DNA of 64,000 bases from an uncultured Trueperaceae bacterium (GCA_963815215.1 CAWFFU010000003.1:64001-128000), one strand, 5' to 3'; shown: positions 19,534 to 29,711, counted from the first letter of the stretch. The notes: generated from the letters alone by a model not told the origin. Made by a program: numbers and translations.

Positions 19534-20709
19534 ATGACCGCGGCCCGACAACCGTACGTGCTCGTCGCCATGACCACCGAGGAGCGTGGTGAGGGGCTCC
19601 GTGGCGTGGTGACGGAGATGGGGCTGGCGGCGACGATGTTCAACGACGTCGAGGAGCTGCTCTATCACACGCGCGTGTCGGTTCCCACGGCGCTGGTGCT
19701 CGAGCACGGCCTGGCCGCCAAGGTGCCCCAGCTCGATCTGGTGGCGCTGCTGAGGCGGCGCAAGGCGTTGGCCGGTATCCCCTTGATCTACCTCGGTCCT
19801 CCCGATCCGCAGATCCATGCCACCGCCGTGAGTTCGGGTGCCGACGCCTACCTGGCGCTGCCCACCCGGCCCCAGGTGGTGAAGGCGCACCTGGAGCGGC
19901 TGCTCGACCGCTACCAGACGGAACGCACCCTGCGCGACGCGCTCGAGCACTCCCGCAGCTTCGAGCAGGCCTACAAGGAGAGCGAGCGCGTCAAGGACGA
20001 CCTCATCCACATGCTGGTCCACGACCTCAAGAGCCCCATCGCGAGCGTGATGGGCCTGCTCGATCACAGCCTGGAGATGATCAAGGCCGATCCCGGCGAG
20101 ACCGGCATCGAAGAGCTGCTCGGGCTGGCCCGCAGCGAGTCGCAGCATCTGCTGAACCTGGCCGCCAACATCCTGGACGTGCGGCGGATGAAGGAAGGGC
20201 ACATGCCCTTCGAGCCGCAGTCGATCGCGAGCCTCACCGAGCTCGCCAAGGAGTCGCTGGGCGACGTCAGCGGCGGCCCGCGCGATCGCAACTTCGGCTT
20301 CCTGGTTCGCCCCGAAGCGGAGATCCTGGCGGCCGACCCCAAGCTGCTCCGACGGGTGCTGGCCAATCTCATGGCGAACGCCATCAAGCACACGCGGCGC
20401 GGCGGTTACATCGACTTCCGCGCCTGGAAGCAGGACGACGACTTCGTGCTCAGCGTGCGTGACGACGGCGAGGGCATCCCTGAGGCCGACCAGAAGCGCG
20501 TGTTCAACGCCTTCGAGCAGTCCCGGCACACCGTCCACGATCGCTACGACACCGGCATGGGCCTGACCTTCTGCAAGCTCGCCGTCGAGAAGCACGGTGG
20601 GCGCATCTGGGTCGAGTCCAAGGTCGGCCGCGGCAGCACCTTCTTCTTCACCATCCCGGCGAACGTGCCGGCGCGTTCCGACGAGGGCGTCGCCGTCGGT
20701 AGCGTGTGA
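19534..20709 (+). CDS. Cytoplasmic histidine kinase with N-terminal atypical receiver-like domain
   Basis: H-box HDLKSP, N-box NLMANAIKH, G1 DDGEGI, F-box VFNAF, G2 (D)TGMGL, GSTFFF; no TM segments. Confidence 0.9.
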   Translation: MTAARQPYVLVAMTTEERGEGLRGVVTEMGLAATMFNDVEELLYHTRVSVPTALVLEHGLAAKVPQLDLVALLRRRKALAGIPLIYLGPPDPQIHATAVSSGADAYLALPTRPQVVKAHLERLLDRYQTERTLRDALEHSRSFEQAYKESERVKDDLIHMLVHDLKSPIASVMGLLDHSLEMIKADPGETGIEELLGLARSESQHLLNLAANILDVRRMKEGHMPFEPQSIASLTELAKESLGDVSGGPRDRNFGFLVRPEAEILAADPKLLRRVLANLMANAIKHTRRGGYIDFRAWKQDDDFVLSVRDDGEGIPEADQKRVFNAFEQSRHTVHDRYDTGMGLTFCKLAVEKHGGRIWVESKVGRGSTFFFTIPANVPARSDEGVAVGSV

Positions 20710-21356
20710 CCGCCACGGGGCGCGCTCGCCGCCGCCCCGCCGAGGTGCCTTCCTGGTCGCTGGAGGCGGAGCTGTGGCAGCGCGGCTACTCGCCCGTGGC
20801 CGGCGTCGATGAGGCGGGCCGGGGGGCGCTGGCCGGGCCGGTGGTCGCCGCCGCCGTGGTGTTGCCGCCCGGCGAGCATCCGTTCCGGGACTCCAAGGTG
20901 CTGACGCCACGTCGTCGCGAGGAGCTCGCTCAGCGCGTGCGTGACTGCGCGTTGGCCTGGTGCGTGGGCGAGGCCAGCCCGGCCGAGATCGATCGCCTCA
21001 ACATCCTGCAGGCCACCCGCCTGGCGGCTCGACGCGCGGTCGCCGGGCTGCCGTCCGGCGTGACGCCGGGCGCGCTGGTCACCGACTACCTGCGGTTGGG
21101 TGCGGGGCTGGCAGAGCTGGCCGTGCCTCGTGCCGACGGCCGCAGTTTGCAGGTCGCGGCCGCCAGCATCCTCGCCAAGACGGTGCGCGACGACAGGATG
21201 CGGGAGCTCGCGGAGCGCTTCCCCGGCTACGGCTTCGAGGCGCACAAGGGGTACGGCTCGGCCCGGCATCTGGCGGCCTTGACGCGCCTCGGCCCCTGCC
21301 CCGAGCATCGCCGCACGTTCGCCCCTGTGGCACAGGCCCGGCTCTTCGCACCGTAG
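20706..21356 (+). CDS. rnhB: Ribonuclease HII
   Basis: AGVDEAGRGALAGPVVAAAV, DSK, AAASILAK, HKGYG, HRRTF. Confidence 0.95.
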   Translation: MTATGRARRRPAEVPSWSLEAELWQRGYSPVAGVDEAGRGALAGPVVAAAVVLPPGEHPFRDSKVLTPRRREELAQRVRDCALAWCVGEASPAEIDRLNILQATRLAARRAVAGLPSGVTPGALVTDYLRLGAGLAELAVPRADGRSLQVAAASILAKTVRDDRMRELAERFPGYGFEAHKGYGSARHLAALTRLGPCPEHRRTFAPVAQARLFAP

Positions 21357-21472
21357 AATGGAGCGTCCCCTTCGGTGGGGGCGCCCCTCGTGCGGCGCTC
21401 CCGTGGCCGCGTCCGGTGCAGCTCGTCGCGGCGGAACTGGCTGAACCGGCGGGGTGCTAGGGAGCGACGACC

Positions 21473-22267
21473 ATGCCCGAGTGCATCGGTGTGAAGTTCG
21501 ACAACGGTCCGAAGATCCACTACATGGAGGCGCCCCCGACCCCGCCTCAGGTGGGCACGCGCTGCGTGGTGAGCACCCGTCGCGGGCTGGAGCTCGGGCG
21601 CGTGCGCACCGAGCCGCGCGACGTCTCGAAGGCGCACGGCCACTACGTGCGCGATGCGCTTCAGGACGACCTGCAACGCTACGAGGAGCTACAGCGGCGT
21701 GCCGATGACCTGAAGTGGCTGCTGCGGGCGCGGGCCCGTCAGAGTGGCGCAGACGTCAAGATCGTGGCCGCGGAGTTCACCATCGACGAGGAGATGATGG
21801 TGGTGAGCTACTCGTCGGAGGACCACCCGCCGCTGCGCGTGCTGGCGCAGGAACTGATCCAGCACACCACGGCGCGTATCGAGTTCAACAACGTCGGCCC
21901 TCGCGACCAGGCCCGCATGCTCGGAACGCTCGGCGCCTGCGGCGACGCCTCGTGCAGCTCGACCTGGCTGCAGAGCTTCAGCGCCGTCAGCATCCGCATG
22001 GCTCGAGACCAGCAGCTCCCGCTGAACCCCGAGAAGATCAGCGGCCCCTGCGGGCGCCTGATGTGCTGCCTGCAGTACGAGCACGACATGTATCGGGAGC
22101 TCCTCAAGGGCATGCCGAAGAAGGGTGGACGGGCCTGCCACGACGCGAGCGGCACCTGCGGCCGGGTCGTCAAGCTCAACCCGCTCAAGGGCACCGTCGA
22201 TCTTCGCACCGAGGAGGGCGTGGTCGAGGAGTATCCCGCCTCCGAGGTGAGCCGAACGCGCGCCTAG
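21473..22267 (+). CDS. PSP1 domain / RicT (YaaT)-like Fe-S protein
   Basis: GPRDQAR, GACG..SCS.WL..F..VSIRMARDQ.L.LNPEKISGPCGRLMCCLQYE. Confidence 0.9.
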   Translation: MPECIGVKFDNGPKIHYMEAPPTPPQVGTRCVVSTRRGLELGRVRTEPRDVSKAHGHYVRDALQDDLQRYEELQRRADDLKWLLRARARQSGADVKIVAAEFTIDEEMMVVSYSSEDHPPLRVLAQELIQHTTARIEFNNVGPRDQARMLGTLGACGDASCSSTWLQSFSAVSIRMARDQQLPLNPEKISGPCGRLMCCLQYEHDMYRELLKGMPKKGGRACHDASGTCGRVVKLNPLKGTVDLRTEEGVVEEYPASEVSRTRA

Positions 22268-22277
22268 CGAGCCTGCG

Positions 22278-23201
22278 TCAGGGGCGCATGGCGGCACGCA
22301 GGTCGAGCGCCAGCGCAGCGAGCGCCAGTGGCTGACTGGCGTACGCCTCGAGGGCACGTTCGCAGGCCTCGATGGCGTCCAGCGATGCGGCGTACGCGGG
22401 CGCGGGCTGCCCCCGTAGCGCCTCGCGCAGCAGCGCCATCGGCGCCACCGATTCGCTACGGTCCAAACGCCCTGCCAGCGCTTCGGCGGCGTCGAGCGTC
22501 TCCCGCAGTTCCCCGTCGAGCGCCGCGACGAGCCGGTCGACGGCCTCCTGCAGCGCCCGGTACTCGGCCGCGTCCTCGCGGGCCTGCAGCAGCGGACCTG
22601 GCAGGCCCAGTCGGAACGCCGGGTGCCGCTCCAGGCCTTCGAACGAGGTGACGTCGACTGCTCCCAGCCGCAGCGTGGCGCAGCGCGAGGCGACGGTGGG
22701 GAGCAGGGCGTCGGGCCCGGTGGCGATCAGCACGATCACGGCCCACGGCGGCGGCTCCTCCAGCATCTTCAAGAAGGCGTTGGCGGCGCTGGCGTTGAGG
22801 GCCTCGGCGTGGTCGATGATCGCCACGCGGCGGACGTAGCGGGGGCGGCGCTCCAGCCACGGGCCCAGTGGGTCGGGGTCGGCCTTGGGCCTCGCCACGA
22901 GCTGATCGATGGTGATCTCGAGCTGGCGTCGCTGACGGCCGCTGCGTGTCGTCAGCGAGGGTGCCACTACGCGCACGTCCGGGTGGTCGCCGGTCTCCAG
23001 CGCGCGGCAACTGGAGCACGTGCCGCACGGACGTGCCGCGCTGTCGGGCGCCTGGCAGTCGAGCAAGGCCGCCAGCCACAGGGCAACCGGACGCCGCCCC
23101 ACCCCGTCGGGACCGGCCAGCAGCAGCGTGTGCGGACCGCCGCTGCGATAGAGGCTCCGCAGTGCCTCGCGGGCCGAGCCGTGGCCGAGGATCTCCGCCA
23201 C
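22278..23201 (-). CDS. holB: DNA polymerase III delta-prime subunit
   Basis: Degenerate P-loop GPDGVGRR, Zn motif C...PCGTCSSC, HPDV, AANAFLKMLEEPP, LLPTVASRC. Confidence 0.9.
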   Translation of the reverse strand: MAEILGHGSAREALRSLYRSGGPHTLLLAGPDGVGRRPVALWLAALLDCQAPDSAARPCGTCSSCRALETGDHPDVRVVAPSLTTRSGRQRRQLEITIDQLVARPKADPDPLGPWLERRPRYVRRVAIIDHAEALNASAANAFLKMLEEPPPWAVIVLIATGPDALLPTVASRCATLRLGAVDVTSFEGLERHPAFRLGLPGPLLQAREDAAEYRALQEAVDRLVAALDGELRETLDAAEALAGRLDRSESVAPMALLREALRGQPAPAYAASLDAIEACERALEAYASQPLALAALALDLRAAMRP

Positions 23202-23206
23202 GGCGC

Positions 23207-23965
23207 TCAGCGGCCCACCGCCAGGCGCGCCGCCAGCACCTCGGGATAGCCGGCCGACCGCACCGACTGCTGCACGACGACGACGTCGAACTCGACGCGG
23301 AAGAGCTCGAGGGTGCCCGCCACGTCGTCGAAAAGGGCGTAGGCGGCGAGCGGGATGCCGTCGCGCGGCTGCCCCACCGAGCCCGGGTTGATGAACAGGC
23401 GCGCGCGTGGGGGGATGCGGTAGAGCGCGCGCTCCTGCCGGAACTGGACCGTGCGCCAGATCGGGCCGCCTTCGGTCTCGACCGCAGCGAAGATCTTGGG
23501 AACGTGGGTGTGGCCCACCAGGCAGAGCTGCTGGTCGAGCAGCGGCAGGTTGGCCTGGGCGTTCTGGACCGTGGCGAGGTACTCCCACGGGCTGCGGAGC
23601 GCGCCGTGGGCCGCCTCCCAGCCGTCCTCGACGACATGATCCCGGAGATCCCGGAGGAACTGCAGGCTGTCGGCGGAGAGCTCCGGGAGCTGCCGCGCCA
23701 GCACCTCCGTGACCACGCTGTCCTCGCGGTGCCCGGCGGCCTGGCCGTCGGCCAGGGCGAGGAGCGCCGCGTCATGGTTGCCGAGGATCAGGACCTTGGG
23801 ATCGAGCGAGCGCAGCAGCGACACGACCTTCTCGGCGTCGGGATAGTAGCCCACGGCATCACCGAGGAACAGCACGTCGTCGTAGCCGCGATGGTCCGCG
23901 TGGCGCAACACCGCCTCGAGCGCTGGAGCGTTGGCGTGCACGTCGCTCAAGACCAGGTACCGCAT
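23207..23965 (-). CDS. Metallophosphoesterase (YfcE/PPP-like)
   Basis: SDVHAN, LGDAVGY, GNHD, GHTH, NPGSVGQPRDG; ATG 23965 lies 8 nt after TGG-TATCCT. Confidence 0.9.
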   Translation of the reverse strand: MRYLVLSDVHANAPALEAVLRHADHRGYDDVLFLGDAVGYYPDAEKVVSLLRSLDPKVLILGNHDAALLALADGQAAGHREDSVVTEVLARQLPELSADSLQFLRDLRDHVVEDGWEAAHGALRSPWEYLATVQNAQANLPLLDQQLCLVGHTHVPKIFAAVETEGGPIWRTVQFRQERALYRIPPRARLFINPGSVGQPRDGIPLAAYALFDDVAGTLELFRVEFDVVVVQQSVRSAGYPEVLAARLAVGR

Positions 23966-24135
23966 GTGCGGCGAGGATACCATCCCCGCCCTTCGTTCAG
24001 GCCCGTGAGGGCGGGGAAGGCTCGGAGCTATACTGGGCTGATGCACGGCCCGTCCCAGCGCCGCGGGCGTCCCGCTGAGCGACGTCGTTCCTGGTGGCCT
24101 CTTCGTGACCGCGGGTGCCCGCACACGTGGGTGCG

Positions 24136-25248
24136 ATGGGTGTAGCGGTGCGGCGGGCGATGGCGTTGCTGGCGTTGCTGTCGTTGCTGTCGTCGGCCGC
24201 CGCGCAGATCTCGGTGCCGACCTTCGGTACCCGCGGGGGCGTGCCCGCGCAGGTGCTCAACGACTTCATGCCCGCCCTTCGGGCCGCGATCGGACAGGCA
24301 ACCGGCCTGAGCGTGAGCACCGGCGACCTCATCACCCCGGGCATCGCCGGCAGCCTCGAGCCGGAGTTCGCGATGCTCATCGCGGACCTCGACAACGCGC
24401 GCTACGCCGTTTCCGGCGAGATCGCGCGGAGCCAGGTGCAGGGCGGCGAGCCGTACACGGTCAACCTCATCGTGGTGGACGCCAAACGCAAACGCAACAC
24501 CGACCTCATCAGCCGACCGCTGCAATCGGGTGCCGTCGAGGACACCGTCAAGGCGCTCGCCGCTGCCGTCGCCAGCTTCACCGGCGCGGCCGTGAGCCTA
24601 CCGAGCGGCAGTGCCGGGCTCTTCATCTCCAGCGAGCCGGGGGACGCCGACGTGGTCCTCGACGGGGTGGCGGTGGGGCGCACCTCGAATCTCGACGTGC
24701 TGATGCTCAAGCCCGGCCGCTACGACCTGGAGGTCCGCAAGGAGGGCTTCCTCCCCGAGACGCGCTCGGTCGAGCTCCGCGCCGACGACACCAGCTTCGT
24801 GCATGTCATCCTCACGGCCATCTCGGGGGGCAGCATCCAGCTCTCGGCCGACCCGGGGGCTCGGGTCTTCCTCGACGGCGTGCGCGAGGGGATCACGCCC
24901 CTGACGTTGCCCGCCCTGCCCGGCAGCCACACCGTGCGGCTCGAGCGTTCGGGATTCATCACCGAGAGCTTCGCCGTCCTGGTGAGGAACTACCGCGTGA
25001 CGCGGGTGGTGGTCACGCTCAAGCCGGTGAGCGACCCGCTGCTGTTCTGGTCCGAGACCCGTTCGCAGCAGATATCGATCGACGGCGTCGTCCAGAACGG
25101 CGGCTTCGCCGTACGGCTCGAACCCGGTCTGCACACTTTCGAGCTACGGGGTCCGAACGGCACCACCAAGGTGCTGCGTGCAGTTCCCGACCACGGCGTG
25201 TTCCGTCTCGACCTCGAGAGCGGTGCGTTGATCCCCGTTCCCCGCTGA
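24136..25248 (+). CDS. Secreted PEGA-domain protein (start uncertain, 24136 or 24160)
   Basis: Signal peptide ending AAA-Q; two PEGA repeats (ISSEPGDADVVLDG...G, LSADPGARVFLDG...GITP...PGSHTVRLERSGF). Confidence 0.8.
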   Translation: MGVAVRRAMALLALLSLLSSAAAQISVPTFGTRGGVPAQVLNDFMPALRAAIGQATGLSVSTGDLITPGIAGSLEPEFAMLIADLDNARYAVSGEIARSQVQGGEPYTVNLIVVDAKRKRNTDLISRPLQSGAVEDTVKALAAAVASFTGAAVSLPSGSAGLFISSEPGDADVVLDGVAVGRTSNLDVLMLKPGRYDLEVRKEGFLPETRSVELRADDTSFVHVILTAISGGSIQLSADPGARVFLDGVREGITPLTLPALPGSHTVRLERSGFITESFAVLVRNYRVTRVVVTLKPVSDPLLFWSETRSQQISIDGVVQNGGFAVRLEPGLHTFELRGPNGTTKVLRAVPDHGVFRLDLESGALIPVPR

Positions 25249-25275
25249 CGCCCGCCAGACCCTGCGATCGGCCGG

Positions 25276-26265
25276 CTACGGGGTCGATGGCCCGCCCGGC
25301 AGGGTCACTGGAAGCACGTAGGACAGGGCCAGTACCGCCGAGGTGCCGGCCGGCCCGGAGGCGGCGGCGACCCGCACGCTGGCGCTCCCCGAGCCCACCT
25401 CGAACGACAGGTCGAGGTGCGCCCGATAGGGGGGCACGTCGCGCCGGTACGGCTCGGCGTCGAGGCCGACCAGCGCCTGCACGGGCCCGAGCGCTTGGGA
25501 GAGGGACACGGTGCCGCCGGGCGCCAGTCCGCTCTCGGCATAGCCCAGGTAGAGTGCGCCGTCCAGGTCAGGCGCGCGCCGTCGGTGGTAGGTGAAGCCC
25601 ACCCCGATGGCGGCGTCGCCGCCCGCCACGGCGGGCGGCAGGTAGCCCTCGAGCCGCAGCGACAGCTCGTGCGGCCCGATGGCGCGCAGCCAGCGAAGGC
25701 GGGCGTTGGCGCGCCAGCTCGCGCCGCTCGGCAGCAGGTAGAGCTGCGGGCTCGCTTGCACGATCAACGCGCGGGCGGGCCGGCCGCTGGCGTCGAGCTC
25801 CACCCCCCAACCTCCGGCGGCGAACAGGGGGCGCGTCGCTCCGGCCAGCGCCAGCGGATCGAAGCGTTCGGGCGCGGCGGTGAAGCCGGACAGTCGGACG
25901 CCCAAGGCCACCGGGCCGAGCACCCCGCGAACGCCGAGCGCGCCCTGGGCCTGCCCGTCGGTGCGCACGGCCAGCGCCGCCTCCCCGATGACGTTGCCCA
26001 GCGGCCCGAAGGTGTCGTTCGCCTGCATACCCAGGTCGAGCTGCACGGCGTCGTCGTAGGCGAGGCCGAGCGTCACCCGGGTGGTCCCGACACGCGCGTT
26101 CTCCAGCCGCAACGAGCCCCCGAAGCCGCCGACTCCGGCCGACGGGGGCGGGCCCGCCGCCACGCCGAAGCGGAGCGTCTGGGCGTGAGCCGAGGTCACC
26201 AGGGTGAGGGCGCTCAGCAGAGCGAGGAGCGCAAGGCGGGCGGTGCGTGGATGCGCGCGTGCCAT
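25276..26265 (-). CDS. Secreted hypothetical protein, possibly an outer-membrane beta-barrel
   Basis: Signal peptide ending AHA-Q; alternating amphipathic beta-strand pattern. Confidence 0.65.
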   Translation of the reverse strand: MARAHPRTARLALLALLSALTLVTSAHAQTLRFGVAAGPPPSAGVGGFGGSLRLENARVGTTRVTLGLAYDDAVQLDLGMQANDTFGPLGNVIGEAALAVRTDGQAQGALGVRGVLGPVALGVRLSGFTAAPERFDPLALAGATRPLFAAGGWGVELDASGRPARALIVQASPQLYLLPSGASWRANARLRWLRAIGPHELSLRLEGYLPPAVAGGDAAIGVGFTYHRRRAPDLDGALYLGYAESGLAPGGTVSLSQALGPVQALVGLDAEPYRRDVPPYRAHLDLSFEVGSGSASVRVAAASGPAGTSAVLALSYVLPVTLPGGPSTP

Positions 26266-26394
26266 GAGCCCAGTGTGCCCCGCCGGGACCGGCTCGGGCC
26301 AGTCTCCGGCGGCATGGTGAGCTTCCGTTCCCGGGGTGCGCCGAAGCGAGTGCTAGACTGTTCGGCGGTTCCAAGCCCAGGAATCCCCCTACCT

Positions 26395-28947
26395 ATGAAC
26401 ATACTCGGACACGTCACCGTACTTCCCCGCATCCCCGAGCCCATCCGGCGCCTCGACGACCTGGCCCACAACCTGTACTGGACGTGGGAGCCCGGCGCGC
26501 GCCGGCTGTTCCGGCAGCTCGATCGTGAGCTGTGGGAGGCCTCGGACCACAACCCCATCGCGCTCATCCGCGACATCCGCCAGGAGCGCCTCGACGGAGC
26601 GGCCGACGATCCCGAGTACCTCGAGGCCTACGCCCGGGTGGTCGAGCGCTTCGACGCCTACCTGTCGGCGCCCAGCTGGTTCCAGCACCATGTCGGGCGA
26701 CCGGACGACCTCTACGCATACTTCTGTGCGGAGTACGGCTGGCACGAAGCGGTGGCGCTGTACTCGGGCGGCCTGGGCGTGCTGGCCGGCGACCACACCA
26801 AGGCCGCATCCGATCTCGGCGTGCCGCTGGTGGCGGTCGGGCTGTTCTACCCCGAGGGATACTTCCATCAGCGGGTGGCGAGCGACGGCCGGCAGGAAGC
26901 GGTGTACGTACGCCACAGCCCCGCGGACCTGCCGCTGGCGCTGGCGGTGGGCGAGGACGGGGAGCCCGTCACAGCACGCGTCGACGTCTTCGGCCGCTCC
27001 GTCGAGCTGCGGGCCTGGACGGCCCGCGCCGGGCGGGGCCGCGTCTTCCTGCTCGACGTCGATTTCGGGAACAACCACCCCGACGACCGTCAGCTTCTGA
27101 GGCGCCTGTACGGCGGCGACCAGCGTACCCGCGTAGCGCAGGAGATCATCCTCGGCATCGGCGGGGTCCGCATGCTGCGGGCACTCGGGGTGGCGCCCAG
27201 CGCCTGGCACATGAACGAGGGGCACAGCGCGTTCATGGTGCTGGAGCGCTGCCGCGAGCTGGTGACCGAGGGGCTCACGTTCGCGCAGGCCCGGGAAGCG
27301 GTGACCGCCAACACCCTCTTCACGGTGCACACGCCGGTCGCGGCCGGCAACGACGCCTTCCCGTTCGATCTCGTGAACCAGGCCTTCACCGGCTTCTGGG
27401 GGAGCCTCGGGCTCAAGCCTCAGGAGTTCCACGAGCTCGGCACGGCCGATCACGGCTGGGGAGCGGTGTTCAGCATGCCGGCGCTGGCGTTGCGCTTCTC
27501 CTCGGGCCGCAACGGCGTGGCGCGGCTCCACGGTGAGACGAGCCGGCGCATCTGGAGCGACCTGTGGCCCGGCGTGCCGGCCGACGAGATCCCCATCGGG
27601 CACGTCACCAACGGCGTGCACCTGTCGAGCTGGATGGCGCCGGAGGTGCAGGAGCTGCTGGGGACGGTGCTGCCCGACGACTGGCCCGAGCGCTTCGACG
27701 ACCTTGCCATGTGGGACGGTGTGCGCGAGCTAGACGATGGCGCGCTTTGGAGCGTCCGCCAGGCGCTGAAGGCGCAGAGCGTGCGCTTCCTGCGCCGCCG
27801 CGTGCTGCGGCAGCTCGACCGTCAGGAGGCGAGCCCGACGGCGCTGAAGGACACCGGCCAGCTCTTCGACCCGGATGCGCTCACCATCGGCTTCGCCCGC
27901 AGGTTCGCCACCTACAAGCGCGCGACGTTGATCTTCCGCGATCTGGACCGGCTCGAGCGCATCCTCGGCGATCCCGATCGGCCCGTCCAGCTGGTGTTCT
28001 CCGGCAAGGCGCATCCGGCGGACGAAGCGGGACAGGCGCTCATCGCGCACATCCACAACCTCTCGAAGGAGCCTCGTTTCGCAGGTCGCATCCTCTTCGT
28101 GGAGGACTACGACATGGCCGTGGGACGCGCGCTCACCCGCGGGGTGGACGTCTGGCTCAACAACCCGCGCAGGCCGTTGGAGGCCTCGGGCACGAGCGGC
28201 CAGAAGGCGGCCATGAACGGGATCTTGAACCTCTCCATCCTCGACGGCTGGTGGCCCGAGGGCTACGACGGCGCCAACGGCTGGGCCATCGGGGGAGCGC
28301 GCTCGCTGGACGACGACGAGCGTGCTGACGCCGAGGATGCCGACGCTCTGTACGCCATCCTCGAACGGGAGCTGATCCCGCTGTACTACCGCCGGGACGG
28401 CGCCGGCGTTCCCCACGACTGGCTGGCGCGCGTCAAGGAGGCGATCGCCACCGTGGCGCCGCGCTTCAACGCGCAGCGCATGGTGAAGGACTACGTGTCG
28501 CGTTACTACGCGCCGGCCGCCCGTCGGGGCGAGGCGCTGTCTGCCGACGGCTACCGCGGTGCGCGTGACCTCGCAGCCTGGAAGCAGCGCGTGGCCCAGC
28601 AGTGGCCGGACGTCACGCTCAGCGCCGAGCCGGTCGAGGACCGACTCCACCGCATCGGCGGTGACCTCGAGGTGAGCGCGGTGCTCTCCGCGCGCGACCT
28701 GGCCGCCGACGAGATCCGGGTGGAGGTCGTCTACAGCGCCGAGGAGGACGCTCTGCAGCGCAACATCCAGGTCGTGGCCATGACCCCGGTCGAGGGAGAT
28801 GCCGACAGTCAGGCCGACGCTGGGACACTCTACCGGGTGCGCTTCCGGCCGGAGCTGAGCGGCCGGTTGGCGTACGGTGTGCGTGCCTACGCCTTCCACC
28901 CGCTACTGGCGTCGGCCGTCGACGCGCGGGCGGTGCGCTGGGCCTGA
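26395..28947 (+). CDS. glgP: Alpha-glucan (glycogen/maltodextrin) phosphorylase
   Basis: LAHNLYWTW, YSGGLGVLAGD, HMNEGH, HVTNGVH, GFARRFATYKR, PLP-lysine motif EASGTSGQK. Confidence 0.96.
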   Translation: MNILGHVTVLPRIPEPIRRLDDLAHNLYWTWEPGARRLFRQLDRELWEASDHNPIALIRDIRQERLDGAADDPEYLEAYARVVERFDAYLSAPSWFQHHVGRPDDLYAYFCAEYGWHEAVALYSGGLGVLAGDHTKAASDLGVPLVAVGLFYPEGYFHQRVASDGRQEAVYVRHSPADLPLALAVGEDGEPVTARVDVFGRSVELRAWTARAGRGRVFLLDVDFGNNHPDDRQLLRRLYGGDQRTRVAQEIILGIGGVRMLRALGVAPSAWHMNEGHSAFMVLERCRELVTEGLTFAQAREAVTANTLFTVHTPVAAGNDAFPFDLVNQAFTGFWGSLGLKPQEFHELGTADHGWGAVFSMPALALRFSSGRNGVARLHGETSRRIWSDLWPGVPADEIPIGHVTNGVHLSSWMAPEVQELLGTVLPDDWPERFDDLAMWDGVRELDDGALWSVRQALKAQSVRFLRRRVLRQLDRQEASPTALKDTGQLFDPDALTIGFARRFATYKRATLIFRDLDRLERILGDPDRPVQLVFSGKAHPADEAGQALIAHIHNLSKEPRFAGRILFVEDYDMAVGRALTRGVDVWLNNPRRPLEASGTSGQKAAMNGILNLSILDGWWPEGYDGANGWAIGGARSLDDDERADAEDADALYAILERELIPLYYRRDGAGVPHDWLARVKEAIATVAPRFNAQRMVKDYVSRYYAPAARRGEALSADGYRGARDLAAWKQRVAQQWPDVTLSAEPVEDRLHRIGGDLEVSAVLSARDLAADEIRVEVVYSAEEDALQRNIQVVAMTPVEGDADSQADAGTLYRVRFRPELSGRLAYGVRAYAFHPLLASAVDARAVRWA

Positions 28948-29018
28948 GGGTTGCGCTGCCGCCGCGGCGGCGGGCATGGCCGCGCTCCCGTCGGCGTCGC
29001 GGCCGCGGACCGTCGCGG

Positions 29019-29711
29019 CTACAGCCCGGCGAGGTCGGTGATGAGCAGGAGCCGCTGAAGCGCGGTGATCGCCCGTGCCGGGAAGCGATCGAGATCCCCC
29101 GAGCCGTGCAGCGTCTCCTGCAGCGCTGCACGCTTGTCCTCGCCCCGGACCAGGAAGGCGACGACGCGACTGCGGCTGAGGGCGGCCGCGCCCATGCTGA
29201 GGCGAGTCTGGACCTGATCGCTCGGCCGCACGACCTGGGTCAGGGCGGGCTCGAGCGCCGCCCCGGTGCCCGGGAAGAGGCTGGCGGTGTGGCCGTCGGC
29301 CCCGAGCCCCAGAAGCGTCAGGTCGAACGTGGGTGCTTCGCCCAGCGCGCCCCGCAATGTGGCAGCGTAGGCGTGCGCCGAAGCCTCGGGGGTGTCCAGG
29401 TGGGGCCATGGCAGCACCTGCTCCTCCGGTATCGGCACCGCGTCGAGGAAGGCCCTGCGCGCGGCGCCGGCGTTGCTGGCTGGGTGCTCCTGAGGGACGA
29501 AGCGCTCGTCGCCCCACGCTACCCAGCTCGACGGCCAGGGCAGATCACTCCGTGAGGCCAGCGCTCGGTACATCGGCACCGGCGTTGACCCGCCGGAGAG
29601 CGCAACCACGAAGCGACCCCGGCTCTCGACCGCCGTTCGCATGGAGGCTACGAACAGGTCCAGCGCCGCGTCGGCGACGTCGTCCACGTGTAGAATCTCG
29701 GGATCGAACAT
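29019..29711 (-). CDS. pgl: 6-phosphogluconolactonase
   Basis: ALSGGSTP, WGDERFVP, SN, LLGLGADGHTASLFP; ATG lies 6 nt after TATACT. Confidence 0.93.
   Translation of the reverse strand: MFDPEILHVDDVADAALDLFVASMRTAVESRGRFVVALSGGSTPVPMYRALASRSDLPWPSSWVAWGDERFVPQEHPASNAGAARRAFLDAVPIPEEQVLPWPHLDTPEASAHAYAATLRGALGEAPTFDLTLLGLGADGHTASLFPGTGAALEPALTQVVRPSDQVQTRLSMGAAALSRSRVVAFLVRGEDKRAALQETLHGSGDLDRFPARAITALQRLLLITDLAGL

Noticed and set aside
16966..20910. 1314-aa giant ORF on the minus strand
   Set aside because: The first ~500 codons are the antisense shadow of the histidine kinase and rnhB. The real VWA protein starts near 19413.
25417..26394. N-terminal extension of GlgP (1176-aa ORF), and similar extensions on htrA (to 35863), holB, pgl, livG and DUF1684
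   Set aside because: These are stop-poor high-GC frames overlapping real neighbouring genes; family motifs and RBS or -10 signals start later.
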